Part shown: piece by piece, positions 49,182 through 59,203 of the stretch
Numbering within the stretch: position 1 is the first letter of the stretch
Layout: each line of letters starts with the position of its first letter
Origin: Nitrosopumilales archaeon
Lineage (GTDB): Archaea > Thermoproteota > Nitrososphaeria > Nitrososphaerales > Nitrososphaeraceae
Direction: 5' to 3'
Assembly: GCA_044507735.1 (NCBI GenBank)
Contig: JBIQJB010000010.1
Span: forward strand, 1 to 64,000
Length of the DNA stretch: 64,000 bases
Translations under genes and position numbers: made by a program
The notes under the pieces: generated by a model
Seen by the model: only the letters and a program-made list of their open reading frames with translations
Database searches by the model: none
What the model was told of the DNA's origin: nothing

Positions 49182-51047
49182 CTAGTGTTTCACGTAGTAG
49201 TAGTTGCCAGATTGCTTTTGTTCGCGGTCCAGCCTGCCGCCTGCCTTGTTCACGCGCGGTCTGCCGGTCGTCTCGTCTCGCCTGTATGTTATTGAAAGCG
49301 CCTGAAGGAAGCGGTTCATGCCTTCCTCCTTCTTCATTGGCGCAGTTGCCACACCCTGTATGCCCGGCTTGCCCTCAAAAATTACCAGCGTGTCTGCGAC
49401 CAGGTCTATGAGCTGCATGTCATGGTCGATGATTATCGCTGACTTGCCTTGCGCCCTTACAAAGCGCTGGAGGAATTTCGCAACTGCGATCCGGTCCTCC
49501 GCATCAAGGAAGGCCGACGGCTCGTCCAAAGCATAGATGTCAGCTTCACGCATGAGCGATGCGGCAACGGCGACTTTCTGTAGCTCTCCGCCACTCAGGC
49601 TCTTGACGCTCTTCTCATACAGCTTCTTGACACCCATCGGGATGATTATCTGCTCTTCAACGCGCGAGCCCTCAATCGGACTCTGGTAGGCGGCATACAT
49701 CAGAGAGCGCACATCCCCTTCGTAATCTTGGCTCAGGTACTGCGGTTTGTACGAGATCTTGGCGCCCACATCTATCTTGCCCGAATCAGGCTTATCAACT
49801 CCCGCCAGCATGCGCATGAATGTGGTCTTGCCAAGTGCGTTAGCGCCCACAATGCCAATTATCTCGCCTTTGCGCACCTTGCCGGCCTCTACCTTTAGGC
49901 TGAAAGACTGGAACGACTTTGTGAGATCAGAGTAACTTACGGTAGGTATGTCGAGGATAAGGTCTTCGTTTATCGCCGCCACATCGAACTTGAACGCCTT
50001 TTCGCGAAAGCGCACGTTTTCAGCCGGCAAGAATCCTTCAAGAAAGTTGTTGATCCCGACCTTGGTGCTCTGCATCCCAGAGACGATGCCGTATGCGCCC
50101 GGCTCGCCGTACAGGATGTGGACGTAGTCAGACAAATAGTCCAACAGGGTCATGTCGTGTTCTACCACCATTACGCTCTTGCCCTCCTCCTCTGCCAGCT
50201 GCCTCATAACCTTGGCTACTGCAAGGCGTTGATAGACATCATTGTAAGACGACGGCTCGTCAAAGAAATAGTATTCCGCATCTTTTGATGCAGCCACTGC
50301 AACTGCAAGCCTCTGAAGCTCGCCTCCGCTTAGCTGCGAAACGTCTCGGTCAAGAATGTTTTCAAGACCGAGTTGTGGAACCAGCTTGTCGGCCACCTTG
50401 CGCTCATCGTACTTGCTCAACAACTCCTTGACTGTCCCCTTGAATGCCTTTGGGATCAGATAAACGAGCTGCGGCTTGATGCTTGCTCGCATCGTGCCGT
50501 TTGCAATCTTTTCAAAGTGTGATTTCATTTCAGTGCCCTGATAATACCTCAAAATTTCATCCCACGAAACATCTTGGTCGTACTTGCCGAGGTTGGGCTT
50601 GATGTTGCCAGAAAGGATGTTGACAATTGTGGACTTGCCCATACCGTTTCTGCCCACCAAGCCGACGACTGCACCTTTTTTGGGAGTAGGAAGCCGATAA
50701 AAGCGGAAGGAATTGATGCCGTACTGGTGGACCTTGTCAGTCGACAGCTCTTTTGCAAGGTTGACGATTACAATCGCATCAAAGGGGCACTTCTTTATGC
50801 AGATCCCGCAGCCAGTGCACAAGTCTTCAGAGATGACTGCCTTGTTGTCCTCTGGCCTCTGGACGATGCATGCGCCGCCAGTCTTGTTCACTGGGCAGTA
50901 GACGATGCACTCTAGGCCGCATTTCCTTGGCTGGCAGAGCTCTTCGTCAAGAACTGCAACGCGATGAGTATTTTCTGCTTCAGAATTGCCCAATTGCATG
51001 TAATTTTTGCAATGAAGCGTTATATAGATACCGCTTGAAAGCCCCAA
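49182..51047 (-). CDS. ABCE1/Rli ribosome recycling ATPase (true start probably near 50999 or just downstream)
   Basis: N-terminal Fe-S domain (CQP.KC..EC...CP, CTGCGICIKKCPF) and two ABC domains with LSGGELQ. Confidence 0.96.
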   Translation of the reverse strand: MGLSSGIYITLHCKNYMQLGNSEAENTHRVAVLDEELCQPRKCGLECIVYCPVNKTGGACIVQRPEDNKAVISEDLCTGCGICIKKCPFDAIVIVNLAKELSTDKVHQYGINSFRFYRLPTPKKGAVVGLVGRNGMGKSTIVNILSGNIKPNLGKYDQDVSWDEILRYYQGTEMKSHFEKIANGTMRASIKPQLVYLIPKAFKGTVKELLSKYDERKVADKLVPQLGLENILDRDVSQLSGGELQRLAVAVAASKDAEYYFFDEPSSYNDVYQRLAVAKVMRQLAEEEGKSVMVVEHDMTLLDYLSDYVHILYGEPGAYGIVSGMQSTKVGINNFLEGFLPAENVRFREKAFKFDVAAINEDLILDIPTVSYSDLTKSFQSFSLKVEAGKVRKGEIIGIVGANALGKTTFMRMLAGVDKPDSGKIDVGAKISYKPQYLSQDYEGDVRSLMYAAYQSPIEGSRVEEQIIIPMGVKKLYEKSVKSLSGGELQKVAVAASLMREADIYALDEPSAFLDAEDRIAVAKFLQRFVRAQGKSAIIIDHDMQLIDLVADTLVIFEGKPGIQGVATAPMKKEEGMNRFLQALSITYRRDETTGRPRVNKAGGRLDREQKQSGNYYYVKH

Positions 51048-51247
51048 ATGCTACAAGATTTCATAGCATAAGGTAATGGTTGACTAATTACTGCAAGCTT
51101 GTAACTAGAGAAAGGTGAGAGTTGGACAAAATTGTTGACCGCGGTTATGGCAGCGGTCCTCAATATTCCCAGTCCCAAATCTAGAGGGTGTCGGTCGTCG
51201 TATGCATCGCTCCTCTGGCAGCGACTTGGCCTAGCTCTGCGCTCTGG

Positions 51248-51394
51248 TTAGTCAAAGTATCTTCTCATGAAATCAGCCATCTTCATCTTGCCGGCTACCT
51301 CGGCTTCATAGATGTCCCTGTGCTTGTCTGAAAAATGCTTCAGGGTCAGCCTCACTTCGTCCCCGCATACCTTACACCTGGCCTTGCCGAACAT
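51248..51394 (-). CDS. Small C2H2-type zinc-binding protein
   Basis: MFGKARCKVC...KHFSDKH. Confidence 0.65.
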   Translation of the reverse strand: MFGKARCKVCGDEVRLTLKHFSDKHRDIYEAEVAGKMKMADFMRRYFD

Positions 51395-51568
51395 CACAGA
51401 TTCCCATTGTTGGTAGGACGCTCGAGTAAAAAACCATAGCGGCAGAGACATAGGATAACTGGTTAACATCTGTTTCGAGATGACGAAGCTAAAAGTCGTA
51501 TCCCTGCGCCATGCATACCCCATATCGGAGAGCAAGGTTAAATTAGCCCTCCGGACAATGTTTGGGTA

Positions 51569-51684
51569 AGCCGGTCATAGCGGCAGGGTGCGACCCGGTC
51601 CCATTCCGAACCCGGAAGTCAAACCTGCCGTCGCTGCTGTGTTACTGACCTGCGTGAGCGGTCGGGAAGCAGCAGTGCTGGCAT
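51569..51684 (+). rRNA. rrf: 5S rRNA (stand-alone)
   Basis: GGTCATAGCGGCAGGG...ACCCGGTCCCATTCCGAACCCGGAAGTCAAACCTGCCG...GGGAAGC...GCTGGC, with paired ends; TATA-like GTTAAAT about 25 nt upstream. Confidence 0.93.
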
Positions 51685-51696
51685 CTTCCTTCAATC

Positions 51697-52272
51697 TTAC
51701 TTTTCCACGTATTCCCCGAGATGTATTGTCTTGACAAGACGACGAATATTGTATGCTATCCTGTCTATCGTCTTGAATGCAGATGCAAGCCCAGCAGGCT
51801 CCCACGTGCGTGTTTCTATCACGCAGCAGTAGTTGGCGGCCTTGACTGTAATCCTCTTGACCTCTTCCTTCATGATGTTGCGGGCAAACTCCTCCGACAG
51901 AACCTCATCCTTCGTCAAGATGTTTGCGATTACGCCTCCACTCCATCCCATGTTTACCACCTTGCCATTATGTAGCTGAAAGTAGGGGGAAGCATCAAGC
52001 AAGTTGTGCGCGTTTTCGTCGGTTTCAAAGATAAAGTCATTTTCCACAAGGCAATACACATTGTAGAAGGGACCCATCCGCATCACGTCCTCTATTCCTA
52101 CAAAGTCGACATTGCCGCTTGCAATCCTGAGAAAACCATCTCTGTTTGAGAGCCACCGCTCAAAATACGGCCTCTTCATCGGATGCACATCCAGCTCCAT
52201 CATCCCGGCCCTGCAGCTAACGCCCTGCTCTTCCAAGGCATCAATGAGCAAGCTGAGCGGGAATACAGGCAT
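51697..52272 (-). CDS. Conserved hypothetical protein
   Basis: Clean 191-aa ORF downstream of pepA. Confidence 0.7.
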   Translation of the reverse strand: MPVFPLSLLIDALEEQGVSCRAGMMELDVHPMKRPYFERWLSNRDGFLRIASGNVDFVGIEDVMRMGPFYNVYCLVENDFIFETDENAHNLLDASPYFQLHNGKVVNMGWSGGVIANILTKDEVLSEEFARNIMKEEVKRITVKAANYCCVIETRTWEPAGLASAFKTIDRIAYNIRRLVKTIHLGEYVEK

Positions 52273-52305
52273 ATCTTACCATCTCTCAAACAGAGGGCGC
52301 AGCTG

Positions 52306-53802
52306 CTATTTTTCGTCCTCCATCAAGAACTTTACAAGAGTCCTCACGCCAAAGCCAGTTGCGCCTTTTGGGTTATAGCTCTTTTCATATGTACCATCCT
52401 GCGTCCAAGCCGTTCCAGCAATGTCAATGTGAACCCATGGCGCCCCGTTGGTGAAATTTGACAGAAATGCAGCGGCAGTTATCGCACCGCCTGGCCTGCC
52501 TCCAACATTCCGGATATCTGCATAGGTGCTTTTGATCTGTTCATGGAACTCGTCGTAGAGCGGGAGCTCCCACATCCTTTCGCCAGTCTTGTCTGCTAGC
52601 TTGCGCAGCTTATCGGTCAGCTGTTTGCTGGTGCCAACAAGCGCGGCAACATTGGAGCCAAGCGCGATTATGGCTGCCCCGGTGAGCGTCGCAAGGTCAA
52701 TTACTGCCTTAGGGTTGTACGTGGCAATTCCATAAGCAAGCGCATCGGCTAGTATCATACGCCCTTCCGCGTCGGTATTGAGCACTTCTACAGTCTTGCC
52801 ATTGTACATCCTGATGATGTCTCCGGGTCTGTATGACGTTGCAGAAGGCATATTCTCCACCGATGGCACGATGCCAACCACGTTGACTGCTAGCTTCATT
52901 GACGCTATCGCCCGCATCACTGCAAGCACGGTGCAGCCGCCGCACTTGTCAAACTTCATTTCATCCATCTTTTCGCCGGGCTTGATCGAAATGCCGCCGG
53001 TGTCGAAAGTGACCGCCTTGCCCACGAGCAGGTATGGCTTTTGCTGAGGGTCGCTGGTGTTGCCATTGTATTCCAGGATTATCAGCTTTGGAGGGTTGTT
53101 GCTTCCCTTGCCAACTGCCACGATCCCGCCCATTCCCATGTTCTCCAGTTCGTAGCGATCAATTACCCTCGCCTTCATACCATATTCCTGTGCAAGCGAT
53201 AGTGCGGTGCTCGCAAGCTGGGCCGGCGCGCAGTCATTTGGCGGCAGGTTTCCCAGATCTCGTGCAAAATTGACCGCTTCGACCACCAGTGCAGCCTTGT
53301 CTGCAATGGACTGGAATTTTGGCGAATCGGAGTTGATAAGTATCGAGAATTCCCCTACTTTTGTCGGTGGTTCCTTTTGTTCCTTGTATTTATCGAATGA
53401 ATAGAGCGCAAGCAGGACTCCCTCCGTCATGGCTTCCACAAGACCTTCATCAAGGTTTGAGAATTGCAGGATCGAGAATTCTTTTGCCCCAAGCTCTCTT
53501 GCTTTCTGGGCTGCCTTGCCAGCGCAAATGCGGGCGCTTTCGTCAGTGAATTTCTCCTTCTTGCCGAGGCCGAGCAACAATATCTTTTTTATCGGTCTCT
53601 TGCCCGGTGCGTACACGAGGATAGACGATCCAGATGTTCCCCGGAACTCTTTGTTCTCCAACGTCTCCTTGATCGAGGCCAAGAGCGCGGGATCAAGCTC
53701 TCTTGATTGTGAAAAGTCCTGTTCGCCTTCAAATACACCGATCACCAAAAGCGAAGTCTGCTTTTGGTCTAACTTGGCTCTCTCGACTTTGACCTGCACC
53801 AT
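52306..53802 (-). CDS. pepA: Leucyl aminopeptidase (M17)
   Basis: GKAVTFDTGGISIK, MKFDKCG, NTDAEGR, ATLTGA, HIDIAGTA. Confidence 0.95.
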   Translation of the reverse strand: MVQVKVERAKLDQKQTSLLVIGVFEGEQDFSQSRELDPALLASIKETLENKEFRGTSGSSILVYAPGKRPIKKILLLGLGKKEKFTDESARICAGKAAQKARELGAKEFSILQFSNLDEGLVEAMTEGVLLALYSFDKYKEQKEPPTKVGEFSILINSDSPKFQSIADKAALVVEAVNFARDLGNLPPNDCAPAQLASTALSLAQEYGMKARVIDRYELENMGMGGIVAVGKGSNNPPKLIILEYNGNTSDPQQKPYLLVGKAVTFDTGGISIKPGEKMDEMKFDKCGGCTVLAVMRAIASMKLAVNVVGIVPSVENMPSATSYRPGDIIRMYNGKTVEVLNTDAEGRMILADALAYGIATYNPKAVIDLATLTGAAIIALGSNVAALVGTSKQLTDKLRKLADKTGERMWELPLYDEFHEQIKSTYADIRNVGGRPGGAITAAAFLSNFTNGAPWVHIDIAGTAWTQDGTYEKSYNPKGATGFGVRTLVKFLMEDEK

Positions 53803-53845
53803 ATATTATTACGTGATGAAAACGCACAACTTCATTTTAAACTAT

Positions 53846-54283
53846 TCAAGGAAAAGTGAACTTGGCGCCGTGGCCGAGCATCTTGACCAGCCTCTTGAAC
53901 ACGTTTGTAGGCGTGTAGCACGACATCGATGTGCCGTCGTATTCGCATGCAGCAGCTATCGTGTCATCGCCATCATTATCGCCACCTCTTCCTGCCTTGC
54001 TGCCCTTGAACATCCCAGCAATTATTTCACGCATAACCTGCGGCAGACCCGAGCGGGCACCGTATGCACCGGTTCTGTTTACCAGCCAGAACATTTTCGT
54101 CGCGTCATATCCAGGTGGAAAGATCATTTCCTTTGCTTCCTTCGCATTCTGCGAATAATAGTGCCCCGCGATCCTTATCCAGCCACGCGAAAGCATGCTT
54201 GCGGTCTTGGCAAACTTGGTGCAGGAATAGCACTTGTCGTCGTATATCAAAAGCGGTCGCAGGAACATCGACGAAAGCGACAC
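53846..54283 (-). CDS. DCC1/DUF393-like thiol-disulfide oxidoreductase
   Basis: LLIYDDKCYSC (DxxCxxC). Confidence 0.7.
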   Translation of the reverse strand: MSLSSMFLRPLLIYDDKCYSCTKFAKTASMLSRGWIRIAGHYYSQNAKEAKEMIFPPGYDATKMFWLVNRTGAYGARSGLPQVMREIIAGMFKGSKAGRGGDNDGDDTIAAACEYDGTSMSCYTPTNVFKRLVKMLGHGAKFTFP

Positions 54284-54361
54284 ATGTAACGTTCTCTTGT
54301 TGTGCTTTTAAAGCTTCGCAGAGCTATCTTTTTATTTTCCTGCAATGAGCTTTTTCACGTA

Positions 54362-56002
54362 TTGGGCTTTAACATGCGTTATCTCGATCTGAAAAGGAGA
54401 ATCAGAGACGTGCGCATGTTTGCTATACAGGGCATCGCAGAGGCAGGCTCTGGCCATCCTGGCGCTTCATTTTCTGCAGCTGAGATAATGGGGACTCTGT
54501 ATTTCCGCAAAATGAAGCACGACCCTGCAAACCCGAACTGGGAGGAGCGCGACTATTTCATCAATTCAAAGGCGCATTCTGCTCCGGGCTTTTATTCGAC
54601 GCTTGCAGTTGCAGGCTACTTTCCGCCCGAAGAGATCAAGACTCTCAGGCAGCTTGGCTCACGCCTTCAAGGACACCCGGTAAGGTATTCCGATCACCAA
54701 AAGGACCACAGCGTGCCCGGCGTGGAATACTCGGGAGGGTCAGAAGGTATTGGGCTTTCAGTCGGCATAGGCATTGCACTTGCAAAAAAGCTGGATGGTA
54801 AGAAGAACAAGGTGTTCGTGCTTATAGGCGACGGAGAGTCAAATGAGGGTCAGATATGGGAGGCCTCAATGGCCGCCGGCAAGTTCAAGTTGGATAACCT
54901 TGTTGCGATACTCGACAGGAATCGTATCCAGCAGGACGGCTTTACAGAGGATATCATGCCCCTTGATCCCACAAAGGACAAATGGGCAGCATTCAACTGG
55001 CAGGTCTTTGAGGTAGACGGCCACAGGGTAGAGCAGATCGTCGATGCGCTCAACAAGGCCGCCCGAGTGCACGACAAGCCAGTCATGATAGTCGCAAACA
55101 CAGTCAAGGGCAACGGCATACGCCACATGGCTAACAACCCTCAATGGCACGGCAAGGCCCCTCCAAAAAGACAGACCGAAGTGCTGCTCGAAGAACTTGA
55201 CAGCGAATGCCTTATCGCGCCATCCATAATCGCTGGCGAGCGCGAAAACTATGAAGATAAGATCAAGAAGGTCGAGCGAGAAGGAGTCGACATGATCCAC
55301 CTAGACGTGATGGACGGCCGGTTCGTTCCAAACACTACGTTCTTTGCCGACACGATCAAGAAGCTGAGGACGTCCACAAGCCTGCCGTTTGACGCCCACC
55401 TTATGATTGAAAATCCACTCGCACAGATTCAGGATTATATCGACGCCAGGTGCGATGTGATCACGGTTCATGCTGAAGCATGCACTGAAAGCGAATTCCG
55501 TGAGATACAGGAGCGCCTCGTTGCCGCAGGCATCAGCCCAGGGATTGCGATAAACCCCGGCACCCCGGTGCCAAAGTGGCTCTACGGCTGCCTGCGCGAT
55601 CTTGATGTCATTATCGTGATGTCTGTAAACCCGGGATTTGCGGGCCAGAAGTTCATACCGGAAGTGCTGCCCAAGATGGTGGCAGTCAACAAGGAGCTAA
55701 GGGAGCACGGTTTTAAGGGATATATTGAAGCCGACGGCGGCATCGATGCGATAACGCTCCAGCAGGCCTATGACGCAGGGGCGAGAATCTTTGTAGCAGG
55801 AGCCGCTGTTTATGGCGGCGGAGACATTCACGGTGCAGTCATTCAGCTCAGACACAAGGCGGCAGTCGCGCTAGAGAAGAAGCTTCTCGAACATGCAACG
55901 CGACTTAACATCAGGCCAGATTGGATGAAGGCCCGCAAACATATATTGATTCCATACGCAAATGAGCTTGGTATAGAGGAAGAGCTCCATGCTATTAAGT
56001 AG
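54362..56002 (+). CDS. Transketolase N-terminal subunit fused to ribulose-phosphate 3-epimerase
   Basis: SGHPG, LQGHP, GDGE..EG..WE, TVKG, WHGK, followed by IAPSI, HLDVMDG.FVPN, DAHLM, MSVNPGFAGQKF, EADGG. Confidence 0.93.
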   Translation: MGFNMRYLDLKRRIRDVRMFAIQGIAEAGSGHPGASFSAAEIMGTLYFRKMKHDPANPNWEERDYFINSKAHSAPGFYSTLAVAGYFPPEEIKTLRQLGSRLQGHPVRYSDHQKDHSVPGVEYSGGSEGIGLSVGIGIALAKKLDGKKNKVFVLIGDGESNEGQIWEASMAAGKFKLDNLVAILDRNRIQQDGFTEDIMPLDPTKDKWAAFNWQVFEVDGHRVEQIVDALNKAARVHDKPVMIVANTVKGNGIRHMANNPQWHGKAPPKRQTEVLLEELDSECLIAPSIIAGERENYEDKIKKVEREGVDMIHLDVMDGRFVPNTTFFADTIKKLRTSTSLPFDAHLMIENPLAQIQDYIDARCDVITVHAEACTESEFREIQERLVAAGISPGIAINPGTPVPKWLYGCLRDLDVIIVMSVNPGFAGQKFIPEVLPKMVAVNKELREHGFKGYIEADGGIDAITLQQAYDAGARIFVAGAAVYGGGDIHGAVIQLRHKAAVALEKKLLEHATRLNIRPDWMKARKHILIPYANELGIEEELHAIK

Positions 56003-56960
56003 CGAGAAAAAGACCGCAGACATGAGGAGTGCGTATGGCGACACTCTGGTGGAGCTTGGAAAGGAAGACCCTAGAATTGTCTGCGTTGGCGGCGACACAA
56101 CCGATTCCCTCAAGACCAAAAAGTTTGGCGACAAATTTCCAGAGAGGATGTTCAATGTCGGAATCGCGGAAGCCAACTTGGTATCTGTTGCCGCGGGTCT
56201 CTCGATTGCCGGCAAGGTCGCATTTGCAAGCACCTATGCGGCATTCATTCCTGGCCGATGCGTGGACCAAATTCGCAATACAATATGCTATCCCAGACTC
56301 AACGTCAAGCTCGTCGTTTCCCATGGCGGCCTCACAGTAGGCCCCGACGGCGCCTCGCACCAGCAAATAGAGGACATTGCCAGCATGAGGGCCATACCCA
56401 ACATGAGGGTTCTTGTGCCAGCTGATGCAGTGGCGGTCAAGCACCTTGTAAGGATCATCGCACAGACACCTGGGCCATTCTATATGCGCCTCGCAAGGCC
56501 TTCAAGCGACGTCATATATGCTGACCAGGCCGAGGCGTTTGAAGTCGGAAGAGGCAACGTCCTTGAGGAAGGATCTGACGCGACGATAATTGCATGTGGC
56601 CTGATGGTGGGCAGAGCGCTTGAGGCGGCGAGGGAGCTCAAGAAAAAGGGCATCTCGTGCAGGGTTGTCGATATGTTCTCGATAAAGCCGATTGACACAG
56701 ACTTGGTGGCAAAGTGCGCCAAAGAAACCGGCGCTATAGCCACTGCTGAGGAACACAACATCATAGGTGGCCTTGGAGGCGCAGTGTCCGAAGCCGTTGC
56801 AGAAACCTATCCCGTGCCGGTAAAGCGTGTGGGCGTTAGCGACAGATTCGGCGAGTCCGCCCGCGATGAAGAGATAGATATGTTGCTTGAAAAGTATGGT
56901 CTGACCGCAACAGAAATAGCAAAGGCGGTCGTAGAATCAAGAGGAAGGAGCAGAAAATAG
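55989..56960 (+). CDS. Transketolase C-terminal subunit
   Basis: NVGIAEAN, GPDGASHQ..ED, YMRL.R, EEH...GGLG. Confidence 0.93.
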   Translation: MLLSSEKKTADMRSAYGDTLVELGKEDPRIVCVGGDTTDSLKTKKFGDKFPERMFNVGIAEANLVSVAAGLSIAGKVAFASTYAAFIPGRCVDQIRNTICYPRLNVKLVVSHGGLTVGPDGASHQQIEDIASMRAIPNMRVLVPADAVAVKHLVRIIAQTPGPFYMRLARPSSDVIYADQAEAFEVGRGNVLEEGSDATIIACGLMVGRALEAARELKKKGISCRVVDMFSIKPIDTDLVAKCAKETGAIATAEEHNIIGGLGGAVSEAVAETYPVPVKRVGVSDRFGESARDEEIDMLLEKYGLTATEIAKAVVESRGRSRK

Positions 56961-56964
56961 CAAG

Positions 56965-57630
56965 ATGCAGATCTTCCTAGATACCGCCAATATTGATTCT
57001 ATCAAGAAATACAACGATATGGGACTGGTAGACGGCATAACCACCAACCCGACCCTGCTGTCAAGAGAGAAGGGAAATCCGGCAGAAATCATGCGCGAGA
57101 TTGTAAGGATAGTCAAGGGCCCAGTCAGCCTCGAGGTCGTTGGCACTACAATGGACGAAATGATAGAAGAGGCCCACAGGCTCAAGAAATATGGCCCCAA
57201 CGTGGTTGTCAAGATACCCATGATACCGGAGGGTCTGAGGGCCGTCAAGAAGCTAAAAGAAGAAGGCATTCAGACCAACGTCACTTTGATATTTTCTGCA
57301 AACCAGGCGATCCTTGCTGCAAAGGCAGGGGCAGCCTATGTCAGCCCGTTCATTGGCAGGCTGGACGACGCGGGGCAGGAAGGCATGACAATAATCAGAG
57401 AGATCGTAGAGATCTTCAGGAATTACAAGTTTGATACGAATGTGCTTGTCGCAAGCGTGAGGCATCCTCTGCACGTGATAGAAGCTGGCAAGATAGGCGC
57501 CCAGGTGGTTACACTCCCGCCAGATATCCTTGGCAAGATGATCGCCCACCCGCTGACTGACAAGGGTTTGTCTGCTTTCCTGAGCGACTGGGAAAAGGTC
57601 AAGAAAGAAAACCCCAACCTCACGATCTGA
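56965..57630 (+). CDS. tal: Transaldolase (TalC/FSA family)
   Basis: FLDTAN, GITTNPTL, VVKIP, NVTLIFS, YVSPFIGR.DD. Confidence 0.93.
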   Translation: MQIFLDTANIDSIKKYNDMGLVDGITTNPTLLSREKGNPAEIMREIVRIVKGPVSLEVVGTTMDEMIEEAHRLKKYGPNVVVKIPMIPEGLRAVKKLKEEGIQTNVTLIFSANQAILAAKAGAAYVSPFIGRLDDAGQEGMTIIREIVEIFRNYKFDTNVLVASVRHPLHVIEAGKIGAQVVTLPPDILGKMIAHPLTDKGLSAFLSDWEKVKKENPNLTI

Positions 57631-59203
57631 GAAGCTTGATCACTTTTTTCGGGATGTCCTGCAGCCTGCTGACAGATATCGCCTTTTCATAGTTCAGGTA
57701 TTTCAGATTGTGGCCAATGCCGACAGAGTCGTTGATGTTCCGGCCTACACCTATTGCAACCATGCGAACGCCCATCTTGCGGTAAGATAGCACCATAGCC
57801 CGCACTGCATCAAAGTCTGACGGCTCGCCGTCAGTCAGCGTCACAAGTATGTCTGGCTTGAACGACTGCAGCACTGGCTCGAGCAGGCCGTAGACCTCTG
57901 CTAGCGGAGTGCCGCCGCTTGCTCTTATCTGTGCAAGCCGCCTGGCGCTAATTACAGACCACTTTATGTTAGGCGGCTTGATTACCCAGCATTTCACTTG
58001 CTGTTTCTCAGTGCTGAATGCATACACAGCAAACTTGATTCCAAGGTAGTGCAGCGCTTCACAGAGCGCAATGGTCGCTTGCTTGTATTCCAGCTCGACG
58101 TCTGCGATGCTGCTAGAGTGGTCAAGCAGTATTGCGACTTTTGTCTTGATTGACAGCTTGAAATCAGTTAGGAAAGTCTTTGGCAGCGCTTCGACATAGC
58201 TTTCCACATCAAATTCGTCTCCAGATTCGTCGTGCTTTTCAACCCATCCCGTCTTCCATTCCCTGAAGGCCGCTTTGACCTTTTGTATCAGGTCGACATC
58301 ATAGACCTGGGTCTCGTCTACGTCCATCTTGTCTGGTATGCTCAAGCCAAAATTTTCAAGCGATTCGTATCCCTTGTTCTCGGTCTTTTTGCTCTCCTTT
58401 ACTAGCGTCTCGAACTCGTGCAGCACATCATGACCTTCGTAGACTTCCTTGGTCTTTTCGTCCACGTTCTCCTTCTTGTGCCGCATTTTTACGACCTTTT
58501 CCACTTGCTTGAGCAGGTCTGTCTGGTTGAGCGACGCTCCTACCCTTGTCCTTGGCGCAATGATCGGGATGGAAACCAGCGGGTCAAGCTCCAGCATCTT
58601 GATCAACGTGGGGATGTGCTGCTCCACCCACTCGGTTCCATGGTTGTTATCAATTGCTTCCTTTACAACCTCGTTAGCATAGTCGCTCGCTTTCTTTACT
58701 TTGTCAAACTCGCTTCCGAAAAGCTCGCCTTTCAGGTAGCCTGTCAGGAAGTACTGTGAAAATGCCTCTGCTATCTTGTAGCGGCCGAAAATCGAGTTCA
58801 ATAGCTGCCTGGACATCCACGAGATCCCCTCGTTGAAAAGGAGCTCCCCTTCCATCCCTTCCCATTCGCGCAGCCCAAGAACCTCGATCCTTTTTGTTTC
58901 AACTGTATTGAGCAGAAATCCAAACGCGTGCTCGTAGCTGAGCACCTTTGTGGAATGCTTCATCCTCATCGACTCGTACCAGAGGCCGACTCTCCACTGG
59001 CGGTACTTTTGAAAGTCCGTTCCAGGATAGTAGCTCAACTGCGGCAGTATGATCTGGTTCTTGTCCGGCTTGGCGGTTGGCATTTTGTCCGGCACAAGAA
59101 TTATGATTATCTTGTCATTGCCAGACCAGCGTCGGGCAAGGAAAGTCGCAATGTCAAGTAGGACGTCGTTTCGCATAAAAGGAGTAGCAATCTTGGCGGC
59201 CAT
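57620..59203 (-). CDS. vWA-domain protein (CobT/NorD-like partner of MoxR ATPase)
   Basis: MIDAS motif DHSSS, GGTPL, TDGEP; TAATG overlap with the upstream ATPase. Confidence 0.85.
   Translation of the reverse strand: MAAKIATPFMRNDVLLDIATFLARRWSGNDKIIIILVPDKMPTAKPDKNQIILPQLSYYPGTDFQKYRQWRVGLWYESMRMKHSTKVLSYEHAFGFLLNTVETKRIEVLGLREWEGMEGELLFNEGISWMSRQLLNSIFGRYKIAEAFSQYFLTGYLKGELFGSEFDKVKKASDYANEVVKEAIDNNHGTEWVEQHIPTLIKMLELDPLVSIPIIAPRTRVGASLNQTDLLKQVEKVVKMRHKKENVDEKTKEVYEGHDVLHEFETLVKESKKTENKGYESLENFGLSIPDKMDVDETQVYDVDLIQKVKAAFREWKTGWVEKHDESGDEFDVESYVEALPKTFLTDFKLSIKTKVAILLDHSSSIADVELEYKQATIALCEALHYLGIKFAVYAFSTEKQQVKCWVIKPPNIKWSVISARRLAQIRASGGTPLAEVYGLLEPVLQSFKPDILVTLTDGEPSDFDAVRAMVLSYRKMGVRMVAIGVGRNINDSVGIGHNLKYLNYEKAISVSRLQDIPKKVIKLLRS

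Noticed and set aside
51575-51805. Minus-strand 76-aa ORF
   Set aside because: It is antisense to the 5S rRNA gene.
53429-54289. Long antisense/shadow ORFs (also 39071..39784, 30599..31333, 12569..13204, 24897..25526, 3488..4075)
   Set aside because: They lie opposite well-supported genes, are Ser/Leu-rich and carry no recognisable motifs.
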